Assembly: GCA_017625505.1 (NCBI GenBank)
Contig: JAGAKV010000011.1
Location: forward strand, 25,212 to 89,211
Length of the DNA: 64,000 nt
Source of the DNA: Clostridia bacterium
GTDB taxonomy: Bacteria; Bacillota; Clostridia; Christensenellales; UBA1242
Direction of reading: 5' to 3'
Of this stretch, positions 20,571 through 31,327 are shown piece by piece (position 1 is the first letter of the stretch; the number at the start of each line of letters is the position of its first letter). The position numbers and the translations under genes are program-made. Below the pieces are notes generated by a model. The model was not told the DNA's origin. It searched no databases and saw only the letters and a program-made list of their open reading frames with translations.

Positions 20571-20723
20571 CTATGCATAAGCACCTTCCCCTCATCACAT
20601 TAATGATTATATTCGGCGGATATCTTTTTGGTCTTCTCTTTTTTAATCTTTTTTAAGTGCAAACTTATTTTTTATTCGTTAAGCCTGCTTAAAATTATAA
20701 TCCTATATAATCAACCATATAAA

Positions 20724-21036
20724 AGCGTTTTAAGGGTTTGGGGAAATCGCAATCCCCAGCGCTTTTTTAATTCATCCTCTTTCTCCCACGCAGGGTTTCT
20801 TCGCACGAGAGTCGCGACAAACTTTATTTCGTCAATCATTTAAATCCTCATCCGCTTTTTAGCGTTTTAAGGGTCTGGGGAAATCGCAATCCCCAGCGCT
20901 TTTTTTAATTCATCCTCTTTCTCCCACGCAGGGTTTCTTCGCACGAGAGTCGCGACAAACTTTATTTCGTCAATCATTTAAATCCTTATCCGCTTTTTAG
21001 CGTTTTAAGGGTTTGGGGAAATCGCAATCCCCAGCG
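20724..21036. repeat. Tandem repeat, 137/138-bp unit x 2.3 copies
   Basis: Copies lie at 20724-20860, 20861-20998 and 20999-21036 (partial). Copies 1 and 2 differ by two substitutions and one T indel. Each starts with the hairpin TGGGGA-N8-TCCCCA followed by a T6-7 run. Confidence 0.9.
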
Positions 21037-21072
21037 TCTTTTGTAACTTTTCTACGCTAGAAAAGTTGATAA

Positions 21073-21531
21073 TCATTTGTGATATTTCCCCCCACCATTA
21101 ATCATAAATGCGCGATAAATTTGTTCAAGCAAAATTATTCTTGCAAGATTATGCGGATAAGTTGCCTTTCCAAAAGACAGTTTATCTTTTATTTTGTCCT
21201 TAACCGCTCCGCTCGTGCCATACGAGCCGCCTATAACAAAGGTTAAAGTGCTTGTTTGCAGAGCGCTGCTGTCAATCAAACTGGCAAACTCCTCCGATGC
21301 ATATTGCTTTCCACCTATTTCAAGCAAAAAGCATTTGCCGCTTAAGTGATTTAAGATGTCCAGCCCTTCAACTTCCTTGATTTTCTCTATGTTGTCATAT
21401 TTGTTTTGCTCGGCAAGCTCTATGATGTTAAGTTTACAAAATTTGGAAAGTCTTTTAGCATACTCGGTCGAAGCTTCTTGCCAAAACTTTTCTTTTAAAT
21501 TGCCCACGCATACAAGATTTATCGTAATCAT
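21073..21531 (-). CDS. rlmH: 23S rRNA (pseudouridine1915-N3)-methyltransferase RlmH
   Basis: SPOUT-family protein starting MITINLVCVGNLKEKF and ending ...RIILLEQIYRAFMI..G..YHK. The start is placed at ATG 21531, one base after the upstream stop. Confidence 0.85.
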   Translation of the reverse strand: MITINLVCVGNLKEKFWQEASTEYAKRLSKFCKLNIIELAEQNKYDNIEKIKEVEGLDILNHLSGKCFLLEIGGKQYASEEFASLIDSSALQTSTLTFVIGGSYGTSGAVKDKIKDKLSFGKATYPHNLARIILLEQIYRAFMINGGGKYHK

Positions 21532-21532
21532 G

Positions 21533-22690
21533 CTACACCCCCAGCACATTCCACACAAAACTAAAAATAGTCAGCGCGGAAAGTATTATAAGTGACGTGA
21601 CATAAAATGCTGTGGCAACCTTGTCCTTCACAGGCGTTTGTTCTTCCCCTACCACCATTTTAATTTTGCTTGTAAAACCAAACTCTTTTCCATAGCTGTA
21701 ATAAAGGGATTTGAATCGTGCGAAATCTTGCATTTGATTTGGCCTAAAAGTTTCGCCGTAGTTTTTTATTGACTCAAGATCTTGCATATAATCAAATTTT
21801 TCCATTGAAACAAGCACTTTATTGTTAAGACCGTTGAGTTGCTTCAAAATGGTTGTTTTAAATAGGATTTTGGTCAGCAGTTTCAGCAGGAACGCAAGCA
21901 GCACGCAAAGGATTATAATAAACATGAAACCTAAGATTGCATTATTTGCAACAAATGTTTCGGCATAGGTAAAGAGGTACTCGGCACCCAGCCCATGAAA
22001 ACGCGAATAGCCCATAAATACAGAAAGCGCGTTGTTCATAAAATGCATAATCATTGCAGGATAGATGTTGTCGATAACAGAGGTGATGTAGCCAAGAAAA
22101 AGTCCAATGAGCGTTGCATAGAAAAACTGAGTTATATTACAATGCAACAGCCCAAACATAAGCGATGAGAGAATGATTGCCTTCGACCTAGATCTAGCAC
22201 TTGAAAGCCCGTTAAGCAGCATACCTCTGTGCGCTGTTTCCTCGCAAATTGCTGGAAGAACGGCTGTAAAAATCAGATTTACAATAAGAAGCCACACGGG
22301 ATATGCGCTCATCCCTTCCCCTTCTGGAAATGTGTACCCCAGCATGCCAAGAAACATATTGAAAAATGAAGAGAGAAAAACGTTTAAAATATAGATGACA
22401 ATCCCGATTAAGACTGAAAGAACAACTCCCTTCCAAGAAATTTTCTTAAAGCCATAATATCTTAACACTTCAAGGGGCTTTTGCTTTAGCGTGATGCACA
22501 TCACACCGATTGAAAGCAGCAGCATAATTCCAATTTGAATGAATGCGCCCAGCAGTTCTTTTCCTATTTCTCCTATTCCGTCCAGCACACCGAAGCCGAG
22601 GAGCACTTTGATTGATGCAAAAAGAACGACCATAACAAAGTATGTTATGGCAGAAGTTCTATTAATTTTCATGCTAAGATTTTTTTGCAT
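21533..22690 (-). CDS. CPBP-family intramembrane glutamic endopeptidase (CAAX protease/Abi type)
   Basis: Motifs EETAHRG, FGLLH and HFMNN in a polytopic membrane protein. Confidence 0.8.
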   Translation of the reverse strand: MQKNLSMKINRTSAITYFVMVVLFASIKVLLGFGVLDGIGEIGKELLGAFIQIGIMLLLSIGVMCITLKQKPLEVLRYYGFKKISWKGVVLSVLIGIVIYILNVFLSSFFNMFLGMLGYTFPEGEGMSAYPVWLLIVNLIFTAVLPAICEETAHRGMLLNGLSSARSRSKAIILSSLMFGLLHCNITQFFYATLIGLFLGYITSVIDNIYPAMIMHFMNNALSVFMGYSRFHGLGAEYLFTYAETFVANNAILGFMFIIILCVLLAFLLKLLTKILFKTTILKQLNGLNNKVLVSMEKFDYMQDLESIKNYGETFRPNQMQDFARFKSLYYSYGKEFGFTSKIKMVVGEEQTPVKDKVATAFYVTSLIILSALTIFSFVWNVLGV

Positions 22691-22731
22691 TCAAACTCCT
22701 TTTTATCTTTATGCGACATCCCTTCTAAACA

Positions 22732-23700
22732 TTACTGCAGGATATATGAAACTACATTTATTATATACATAACAAGCCCGATTGCAAGTGAAATATATAA
22801 AAAGTTTGATGTTTTAAGACTTGATTTTTCAACTTCCTCGTGATTTTTGTGTTTAAAGCAAAACTTATCAACAAGTATGCACACTAAAAACGCTACGCCC
22901 GCTGCCGCCACCGCTATAAGATAAAACCACCAAACATTTGGCAAATTCAAGCTAAATCCTGTTGTATTTTCAATGAAACGGAAGGACACAACCAACAAAT
23001 TGTTTACAAAGTGTACAAGCATTGATGAAATAAGCGAGCCTGTACGCGCTACAACAAGCGCAAGGAAGGTTCCAAAAATAAGTGGATAAATAAGCTGCTG
23101 CAAATTTCCATGCGCTATGGCAAACATGGCCGCAGAAATAACAGCTGCCCAGCCGGTTGGAAATCTTTCGCGCAAGCCATTGAAAATTACCCCTCTAAAT
23201 AGCAGCTCTTCAATAAAAGCTGGCACCACGGCAAGCGCAAAAATTGCATAAATATATTCTCCCGCGTTTTCCGGATCAACCGAGCCAAAGCCTCTATCTA
23301 CCGGATATCCAACCACTTCAAGCAAGTTGTCAAACGCCTGCACAAGATATTGAAACCCAAACAGCATTACAATGCCAAGCACAACTGGAATAATATAATT
23401 TTGCCATTTTTGTTTTATCTTCATTTTGGCCGCCACCACAGGCCTAATATCTTTCAATTTGCTGTATGAAAGCCAAATTCCAACATAGGTCAATAAATTT
23501 AAAATGGTAAAACACAAATGAAACCATATGCTTGAGGTGACATCCGTTATGTCAATCCCCTGTCCGTCTGCAATAGCCTCCGAAATTAGACTTGCAAAGA
23601 AAGAAAGAATAAATGGCAAAAATATTGCCAATATAAAGACTTTGCCGCTGTCATCATGGTTGTAAATGTTTCTTTTCACTACAAATGTGTTTTTCTCCAT
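22732..23700 (-). CDS. CPBP-family intramembrane glutamic endopeptidase (second paralog)
   Basis: Motifs EELLFRG, FAIAHG and HFVNN in a polytopic protein. Confidence 0.8.
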   Translation of the reverse strand: MEKNTFVVKRNIYNHDDSGKVFILAIFLPFILSFFASLISEAIADGQGIDITDVTSSIWFHLCFTILNLLTYVGIWLSYSKLKDIRPVVAAKMKIKQKWQNYIIPVVLGIVMLFGFQYLVQAFDNLLEVVGYPVDRGFGSVDPENAGEYIYAIFALAVVPAFIEELLFRGVIFNGLRERFPTGWAAVISAAMFAIAHGNLQQLIYPLIFGTFLALVVARTGSLISSMLVHFVNNLLVVSFRFIENTTGFSLNLPNVWWFYLIAVAAAGVAFLVCILVDKFCFKHKNHEEVEKSSLKTSNFLYISLAIGLVMYIINVVSYILQ

Positions 23701-23767
23701 ATCTCTTCCTTTTGCCTTTGTTTTGCCCTATTATACAACAAAAAAACAAAAAAAACAACAAAAGGGC

Positions 23768-23796
23768 TTTACATTATTAAAAATTATAGCTAAAAT
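23768..23796 (+). promoter_or_regulatory. Promoter of tadA (predicts a leaderless mRNA)
   Basis: TTTACA (23768-73), a 17-nt spacer, and TAAAAT (23791-96). The ATG at 23803 lies 7 nt after the -10 box, with no Shine-Dalgarno. Confidence 0.5.
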
Positions 23797-23802
23797 AGCT
23801 AT

Positions 23803-24261
23803 ATGAAAGATTTTATGAAAGAGGCAATTAAAGAGGCGAAAAAAGCGTTTGACAAAGGTGAAGTGCCAATAGGCGCCCTCGTCGTGCAAAATGGACAAAT
23901 CATCTCTCGTGGGCACAACACACGTGAGCAAAGCCAAAACGCAATTAAGCATGCCGAGATTATCGCAATTGAAAAAGCATGCAAAAAATTAAAGTCATGG
24001 CGACTTGAAGATTGTGAAATTTATGTAACCCTTGAGCCATGCCCTATGTGTGCGGGTGCAATTGCCAACGCAAGAATAACCAAGCTGCACTACGGCTGCC
24101 AAGAAAAAACATCTTGCGATCACTTATGCGAAAGTATACTTTCAAGCGAAAGATTAAACCACAAAACAGAAATCATTTTTGAAGAAGAGCGCGAAGAAGA
24201 AATATCCACCCTCCTAAGCGACTTTTTTAAAGCAAAAAGAAAGAAAAAAGACCAAGATTAG
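23803..24261 (+). CDS. tadA: tRNA adenosine(34) deaminase TadA
   Basis: CDA zinc motifs HAEIIAI and PCPMCAGA, 152 aa. Confidence 0.9.
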   Translation: MKDFMKEAIKEAKKAFDKGEVPIGALVVQNGQIISRGHNTREQSQNAIKHAEIIAIEKACKKLKSWRLEDCEIYVTLEPCPMCAGAIANARITKLHYGCQEKTSCDHLCESILSSERLNHKTEIIFEEEREEEISTLLSDFFKAKRKKKDQD

Positions 24262-25037
24262 TCTTGGGCTTTTTCTTCTTCATTTTCATTAAAATATTGA
24301 TTGTCTATCGCTCGAACTATGAGACCTATTAGCTTTGGATTGTTAAGAAAGCCATTACTTACAGGTTTCCCACAAATTCCTTTTTCTGTAAGATATATCT
24401 CCATCCAGTTCATTTTATCGTATCTGTCATCTCTTTTATAGTCATGATATTCTTTATGTACAATATGCTCAGTCATTCCTTTTTGCTCAAGTTGTCGAAG
24501 ATATTCATGATTAAATCCGTGAACAACCACTTTTGAAAGATGACTAAATGGATTAGGAATATTTGCATCCTTTAGTTGATTATACATTTTACTATCGGCA
24601 GATGCGATAAATAAATCCACAGTATATTTTCTATACGTTCTATTATGTGCAAAGTCATTATAGTGCGTTTTTGCACCTGTGGTCTGAGAAATCACCCAAC
24701 CCTTTCCAGTTTCAGCCTCAAGTAGTTGTTCCATCATATCGTTTGATATAAAATGTTTTTTAAGAAAATCTTCTATTGCCTGAAGCCTCTTTTGGCAAAA
24801 ATCTTCCCTATCATTTTCTATTTTATTTCTATTTGTTTCAATTGCCTCAAGAGCAGCTTTCTTTTGTTCTTTCAATTCTGCAAGCTGTCTGAGAAGCGAA
24901 TCTATTCTAGCCTCATAATCAGCTTTAGTTTCAACTGCTTTTCGCGTAAAAGTATCTATCATTTTTGTATACTCACTTGCTGCGAGCGAATAAGCACCAT
25001 CTACCTTTTTAAGTAATTCAAACTCTGCTTTTTTCAT
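24258..25037 (-). CDS. Hypothetical protein with N-terminal coiled coil
   Basis: 259-aa ORF of average composition. I recognised no family. Its 3' end overlaps the tadA 3' end by 4 bp (convergent genes). Confidence 0.5.
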   Translation of the reverse strand: MKKAEFELLKKVDGAYSLAASEYTKMIDTFTRKAVETKADYEARIDSLLRQLAELKEQKKAALEAIETNRNKIENDREDFCQKRLQAIEDFLKKHFISNDMMEQLLEAETGKGWVISQTTGAKTHYNDFAHNRTYRKYTVDLFIASADSKMYNQLKDANIPNPFSHLSKVVVHGFNHEYLRQLEQKGMTEHIVHKEYHDYKRDDRYDKMNWMEIYLTEKGICGKPVSNGFLNNPKLIGLIVRAIDNQYFNENEEEKAQD

Positions 25038-25138
25038 AATTACTCCTTTTGATCTGAAAACAAAGCTATTATATCATATTTGAACTCTTTTGTCAATAGA
25101 AACAAAAAACAAGTGTCAAGGCACTTGTTTTGCTTTGA

Positions 25139-25615
25139 TTACAAAAGCTTCATAATCTCTTCTTGAAATTGCTCTTCAGTGATTTGTCCGCTGTCCTTCA
25201 TTTCTTTAAGGCGAGCAATCATCTCTTCTTTATTAGTTGGAGCTTGAGGCTCTTTATGATATATGTCTTCATCTTTTGGTTTAACCCAAACCCAATCAGA
25301 GATAAACATTGTGCTTATAAGAAGAATTGTAGCAAGTGATGTAAGATTTACAATTACTGAAAGCACAATCGAAGTCATATAAAAGCCATATCTGCTTCTA
25401 AACAACTTTCCATTGTTCCAAATTGCAATTATAAGCATAACAATCACGGCAAGAGTGACTGCAATTGCAATGATTTCGTAGACAATATAAAAGATTGGTG
25501 AGCGGTCTTGAGGCGCGGTCATAAAATAGTTTACCACTTTATAGATGCTATACCCCACATCGCCAAACGCAAAAACAATTGATAGAATGATTAATATAAA
25601 CTTCGCTTTATTCAT
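25139..25615 (-). CDS. Membrane protein with C-terminal SHOCT-like motif
   Basis: Four TM helices, then ...EEMIARLKEMKDSGQITEEQFQEEIMKLL, which has the SHOCT short C-terminal domain pattern. Confidence 0.6.
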   Translation of the reverse strand: MNKAKFILIILSIVFAFGDVGYSIYKVVNYFMTAPQDRSPIFYIVYEIIAIAVTLAVIVMLIIAIWNNGKLFRSRYGFYMTSIVLSVIVNLTSLATILLISTMFISDWVWVKPKDEDIYHKEPQAPTNKEEMIARLKEMKDSGQITEEQFQEEIMKLL

Positions 25616-25724
25616 TTTTACCTTCCTTTAGAGAAAAATATAGCATATTCGAAAAAACAAGTCAAATCATTTGGCACTTTTAAAAATTTATTATATAATT
25701 TATCTATACTTTTATTGGAGAATA

Positions 25725-26522
25725 ATGATGAAAAAAGAAAAATTGCATGTTATGAGAAATGTTATAATCACCGGCTCGTCAAGCGGAATTGGCAAAGCAC
25801 TGCGTCAATACTTTGAGAGTCGTGGCGATCAAGTCATCGGAATCAGCTTAAGCGATGATGACTACAACTGCGACGTATCAAACTCGGCAGAAATGAAAAA
25901 AATCTTTGCAACTATTGCGGAAAAACATGGCGCTATTGACATTTTAATCCCTTGCGCAGGGTTTGGGCTTTCAGGAGCTATTGAACTTATCGACTCCTCT
26001 CGTGTTCAAAAAGAATATGATGTAAATGTTATGGGCACAATCAACGCCATCCAAAACACCCTGCCACTTATGCGAGAAAATGGAAAAATCATCAATATAA
26101 GCTCTGCGTGTGCACTTTTCCCTCTTCCTTTCAGAGGATATTACTGCTCAAGCAAAGCTGCGGTATCGATGCTTAGCGATTCCCTTAGAATGGAGCTTTC
26201 TAAAACTAAAATTCAGGTGACAGCAATCTGCCCTTGCGACATCAAAACAAACTTCACAAAAAATCGCGACAAAAGCTATACAACAAACGAGCGTTACGGA
26301 GAGGCAATCAGACTTTCTGCTGAGCGCATTGACAGCCGCGAAGACAAGCGCATGAGCCTTGAAAAAGCAACAAAGATTTTCATCAAAATCATAGAAAAGA
26401 AAAAGCTTAAACCTCAATATGTTATGGGCGCAAGAAATAAGTTTTTATATCAAATTCAAAAGTTTTTCCCGCGCTCTTTAGTGCTTAAGGTTATGACCAA
26501 AATGTTTTATAGGGATAAATAA
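25725..26522 (+). CDS. Short-chain dehydrogenase/reductase (SDR)
   Basis: TGSSSGIGKA cofactor motif and a YCSSK catalytic motif. The start is placed at ATG 25725 after GGAG. Confidence 0.8.
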   Translation: MMKKEKLHVMRNVIITGSSSGIGKALRQYFESRGDQVIGISLSDDDYNCDVSNSAEMKKIFATIAEKHGAIDILIPCAGFGLSGAIELIDSSRVQKEYDVNVMGTINAIQNTLPLMRENGKIINISSACALFPLPFRGYYCSSKAAVSMLSDSLRMELSKTKIQVTAICPCDIKTNFTKNRDKSYTTNERYGEAIRLSAERIDSREDKRMSLEKATKIFIKIIEKKKLKPQYVMGARNKFLYQIQKFFPRSLVLKVMTKMFYRDK

Positions 26523-26644
26523 AAAAGGACTTCGTAGTGAAGTCTTTTTTATTTCCTTACAAGCACGCTTTTCATATGAGTAAGAAGCGTTGTTTATATA
26601 AGTGTTTTCCCTTTGCTGAGTCTTATTTTTGACGGCACTTGCGA

Positions 26645-28554
<1,910 letters not shown>

Positions 28555-28590
28555 TTTGTCCTCCTTATTTTAGACAACTTTTACAATCAT

Positions 28591-28619
28591 ATTATAGTTG
28601 TTTTTATTCGCTGTTGCAA
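28591..28619 (-). promoter_or_regulatory. groES-groEL promoter
   Basis: On the minus strand: TTGCAA (28619-28614), a 17-nt spacer, and TATAAT (28596-28591). AGGAGG lies upstream of ATG 28554. Confidence 0.55.
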
Positions 28620-28709
28620 ATATTTATGGCGTATTTTTCCTTCATAGATTGTATTTTTTTGTCATACACTAAGGTAATAACACGGTTAAGGAGTCAAATT
28701 CAAGAGTTT

Positions 28710-29468
28710 ATGACAACATTTTTTGCAAAATACAGAAAAAAAATATTTTACGCACTGTCGGCAGGCGGACTTATCGTAATGCTTACCCTTGCAAACTTTC
28801 TTTCTTCGTTTATTGTGCCAGCACAGGGCGAAGCTCAACAAGTGGCAAGCACGCCATTTTCGCTGCACCTTATCTCTCTTGCCAAATCACAAGTAAAACA
28901 AGAGGCGGAAGAGCACAGCAAAGATTTTCAGGCAATAGGCGCAGGCGGATATGTGTGGCAGCATGAAGAGTATTATCATGTCATAACAAGCGGATATCTC
29001 AATAAAACGGACGCCGAACTTGTGCAAAACAACATCAAACTCAATTTAAGCCTTGAAAGCCAGCTTATCTCAATTGACCTGCCCTCTTATGTTGTTTATG
29101 GCAGCTTCGACGCAGATGAAGCAAAATCGCTTGACAGACTTCTCGCCGCTCCGCTGCAGTTTTACTCTGCTGTTTATGACATTTCAATCAGCCTTGACAC
29201 TGGTGTTTTTAGTGAAACATCAGCAAAACTAAACGTCAACACCGCCCTCAACGACTACTCAAAGGCGCTGGCCGACTTTAATACACTGTTTTCACAGCCA
29301 CTACCCGATCACCTTGCCCCCCTTTATGAAATGAGCCTGCAAGGATATACCATCGCGCAAAAGCTTTGCCAAAGCGAAAAGAAACATGAAGGACAAACAT
29401 ACTCATCACTGCTGAAATATCGCTATCTTGAAATGATGCGCCTCTTCTATGATTTCACAAACGAATAA
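28710..29468 (+). CDS. Membrane-anchored hypothetical protein (possible SPOR-like extracytoplasmic domain)
   Basis: I moved the start to ATG 28710 (MTTFFAKYRKK...). The protein has a single N-terminal TM helix. I am not confident of any family. Confidence 0.45.
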   Translation: MTTFFAKYRKKIFYALSAGGLIVMLTLANFLSSFIVPAQGEAQQVASTPFSLHLISLAKSQVKQEAEEHSKDFQAIGAGGYVWQHEEYYHVITSGYLNKTDAELVQNNIKLNLSLESQLISIDLPSYVVYGSFDADEAKSLDRLLAAPLQFYSAVYDISISLDTGVFSETSAKLNVNTALNDYSKALADFNTLFSQPLPDHLAPLYEMSLQGYTIAQKLCQSEKKHEGQTYSSLLKYRYLEMMRLFYDFTNE

Positions 29469-29617
29469 CACTTTCAACCACTTTCCTCACTCAAAAAGCA
29501 AGCGCAAGCCCGCCACACTACCGCTTCGCAGTCCACAAAACAAAAAAAAGACGCAAATAGTTGCACCTTTTTGTTTCCTTTTATTGAGTTAATGCAGCAA
29601 TATTCAAGCTGGGTTTG

Positions 29618-30277
29618 CTAGGCAAAGTTTTGATTTTGTTCTGCTTTTGCCTCAACAACGGTTATCCTCTGGCAAGAGACTTCGTAAGCGGTACGCTCTT
29701 CAAACACACCTGCCTCTGTCTCTTTGCGGTATACCCTTGATTGAATGCGACCGGTAAGTGAAAGTTTTGTCCCCACCTTTTGTCCTTGAATAAACTTAGC
29801 ATTTCTTCCCCACAAAATGCATGGAATATAATCTGATTTATTGAAGTTTGGTCGGTTTACAGCAAGAAGGATGTCGCAAATTTGTCGATTGAATGGAGTA
29901 GTCCTAAAAACTGGATTTTTGCAGATAAAGCCAGTTAGACTAAGCTCGTTTGTGTTTTCGCAAGAGCCTTCTTGCGGCAAGATTTCCTTCACAAAAAACG
30001 AAAGAATCAGTCTTGATTTGCCGTTAAGAATTTTGTTATATGAGCGAAGTTCGCCGCCAAAGTTTACTAGGGCGCCACCTTCTAAATTTAAGTTGTATGC
30101 TTTTAAAAGTTTTTCTGAGATTGTAAATGGCAGAATATCATTTGCCTCAGAAAGGCGTTCTACCACAATTTTGCCTTCATAAAAGGTCTCGCCCTCAACC
30201 TCGAAAGATCGCTCGGCTGTCTCTAAAATTTTTCCTTGAATTTTCCCTTTATTATTTGCTGTTAGTGTACTGTTCAT
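29618..30277 (-). CDS. SSB-like protein with two OB-fold-like halves and no acidic C-terminal tip
   Basis: The C-terminal half (LTGFICKNP...ILWGRNAKF...LSLTGRIQSRVY...) matches the SSB OB-fold pattern. The N-terminal half has a similar beta-rich pattern. Confidence 0.5.
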   Translation of the reverse strand: MNSTLTANNKGKIQGKILETAERSFEVEGETFYEGKIVVERLSEANDILPFTISEKLLKAYNLNLEGGALVNFGGELRSYNKILNGKSRLILSFFVKEILPQEGSCENTNELSLTGFICKNPVFRTTPFNRQICDILLAVNRPNFNKSDYIPCILWGRNAKFIQGQKVGTKLSLTGRIQSRVYRKETEAGVFEERTAYEVSCQRITVVEAKAEQNQNFA

Positions 30278-30288
30278 CTTTTCTCCTT

Positions 30289-31056
30289 TTAATTTTTGTG
30301 TTGCATGCCAGCTGCGTCTATATGGTAGTCATCCCAATAAATAAGTTCTCCTACGCTGGTCACCTCATAACCCGCTTTTGTCAGCCAGTCAAGGGTAAGT
30401 CGTGTTGACTCAACCACATTGTCGGCGTTGTTGTGCATCAAAATTATTGAGCCGTTTTTGGCCTTGTTCATCACTCGCTTGCAAACTTCCCCAGCCGAAA
30501 GACCTTTCCAGTCAAGGCTGTCAACGTCCCACTGAATTGCTTTTAAATTCAGGTGCGAGCAGACAGATAAAAGCATGTTGTTGTACGAGCCAAATGGCGG
30601 GCGAAACACTCTCACATCTTTGCCGGTTATCGCTTTGATTTTATCCATTGACAAGCATAGCTCGCTTCGCACGCTTTCTTCGCTCAGTTTTGCCATATCT
30701 GGATGAGTGTTGGAGTGAGTGCCAATCTCAAGCCCTGCCTTGTCTATGGTGCTGACCATTTCGGGAAACTTATCCACCCAAAAACCTACTAGAAAGAAGG
30801 TCGCTTTTGCGTTGTATTCGGCTAAAACTTCAATTATCTGTTCTGTCTTATCCGCACCCCACGCAGCGTCAAAAGAAATTGCAACCTGCTTCTTCTCGGT
30901 GTCAACGTTATAGATTGGCACAAGTCTTGAAGACTGCCCAAACCATACCAGTGCTGATGCGCCCCCTTGATATGAAATTGCAAGCGCCACCGCCACCAAA
31001 ATAAATGCACAAATAATTTTGATTGTTCTACGTTTGATTACACAAAATGGCATCAC
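30289..31056 (-). CDS. Polysaccharide deacetylase (NodB homology domain), membrane-anchored
   Basis: NodB motifs FDAAWG, HSNTHPDM and RPPFG, with an N-terminal TM helix. Confidence 0.85.
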   Translation of the reverse strand: MMPFCVIKRRTIKIICAFILVAVALAISYQGGASALVWFGQSSRLVPIYNVDTEKKQVAISFDAAWGADKTEQIIEVLAEYNAKATFFLVGFWVDKFPEMVSTIDKAGLEIGTHSNTHPDMAKLSEESVRSELCLSMDKIKAITGKDVRVFRPPFGSYNNMLLSVCSHLNLKAIQWDVDSLDWKGLSAGEVCKRVMNKAKNGSIILMHNNADNVVESTRLTLDWLTKAGYEVTSVGELIYWDDYHIDAAGMQHKN

Positions 31057-31327
31057 AAACCTCGCTTTTAATGATAGTTTATCTTCTTTCTTTCGCCAAT
31101 GAGAAATTTGTCTAAAAGGGCTGCAAAAATGCGATAAATGGCGAATTTATACAAGCCTCTTTATAAATATATTTTTCTTTCATGACGTTTAGACCAAAAA
31201 TCGTTATTTCCCCCGAACAAAAAAAAGACCTAGCAAATTGCTAAGTCTTTCTGTTTATGCAAATATGAATAATAAACAACGGCCAACATATTAAGTGTTT
31301 GGAAAGGGCACTTAAAAATTTTTTCAA

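Noticed and set aside
20628-20843. ORF of 71 aa on the plus strand across the first tandem-repeat unit, and the possibility that the 20.7-kb repeats are a CRISPR array.
   Set aside because: The ORF has no RBS and runs through terminator-like hairpins. The repeats are 137-138 bp units directly abutting each other with no unique spacers, and no cas genes are nearby, so this is not a CRISPR array.
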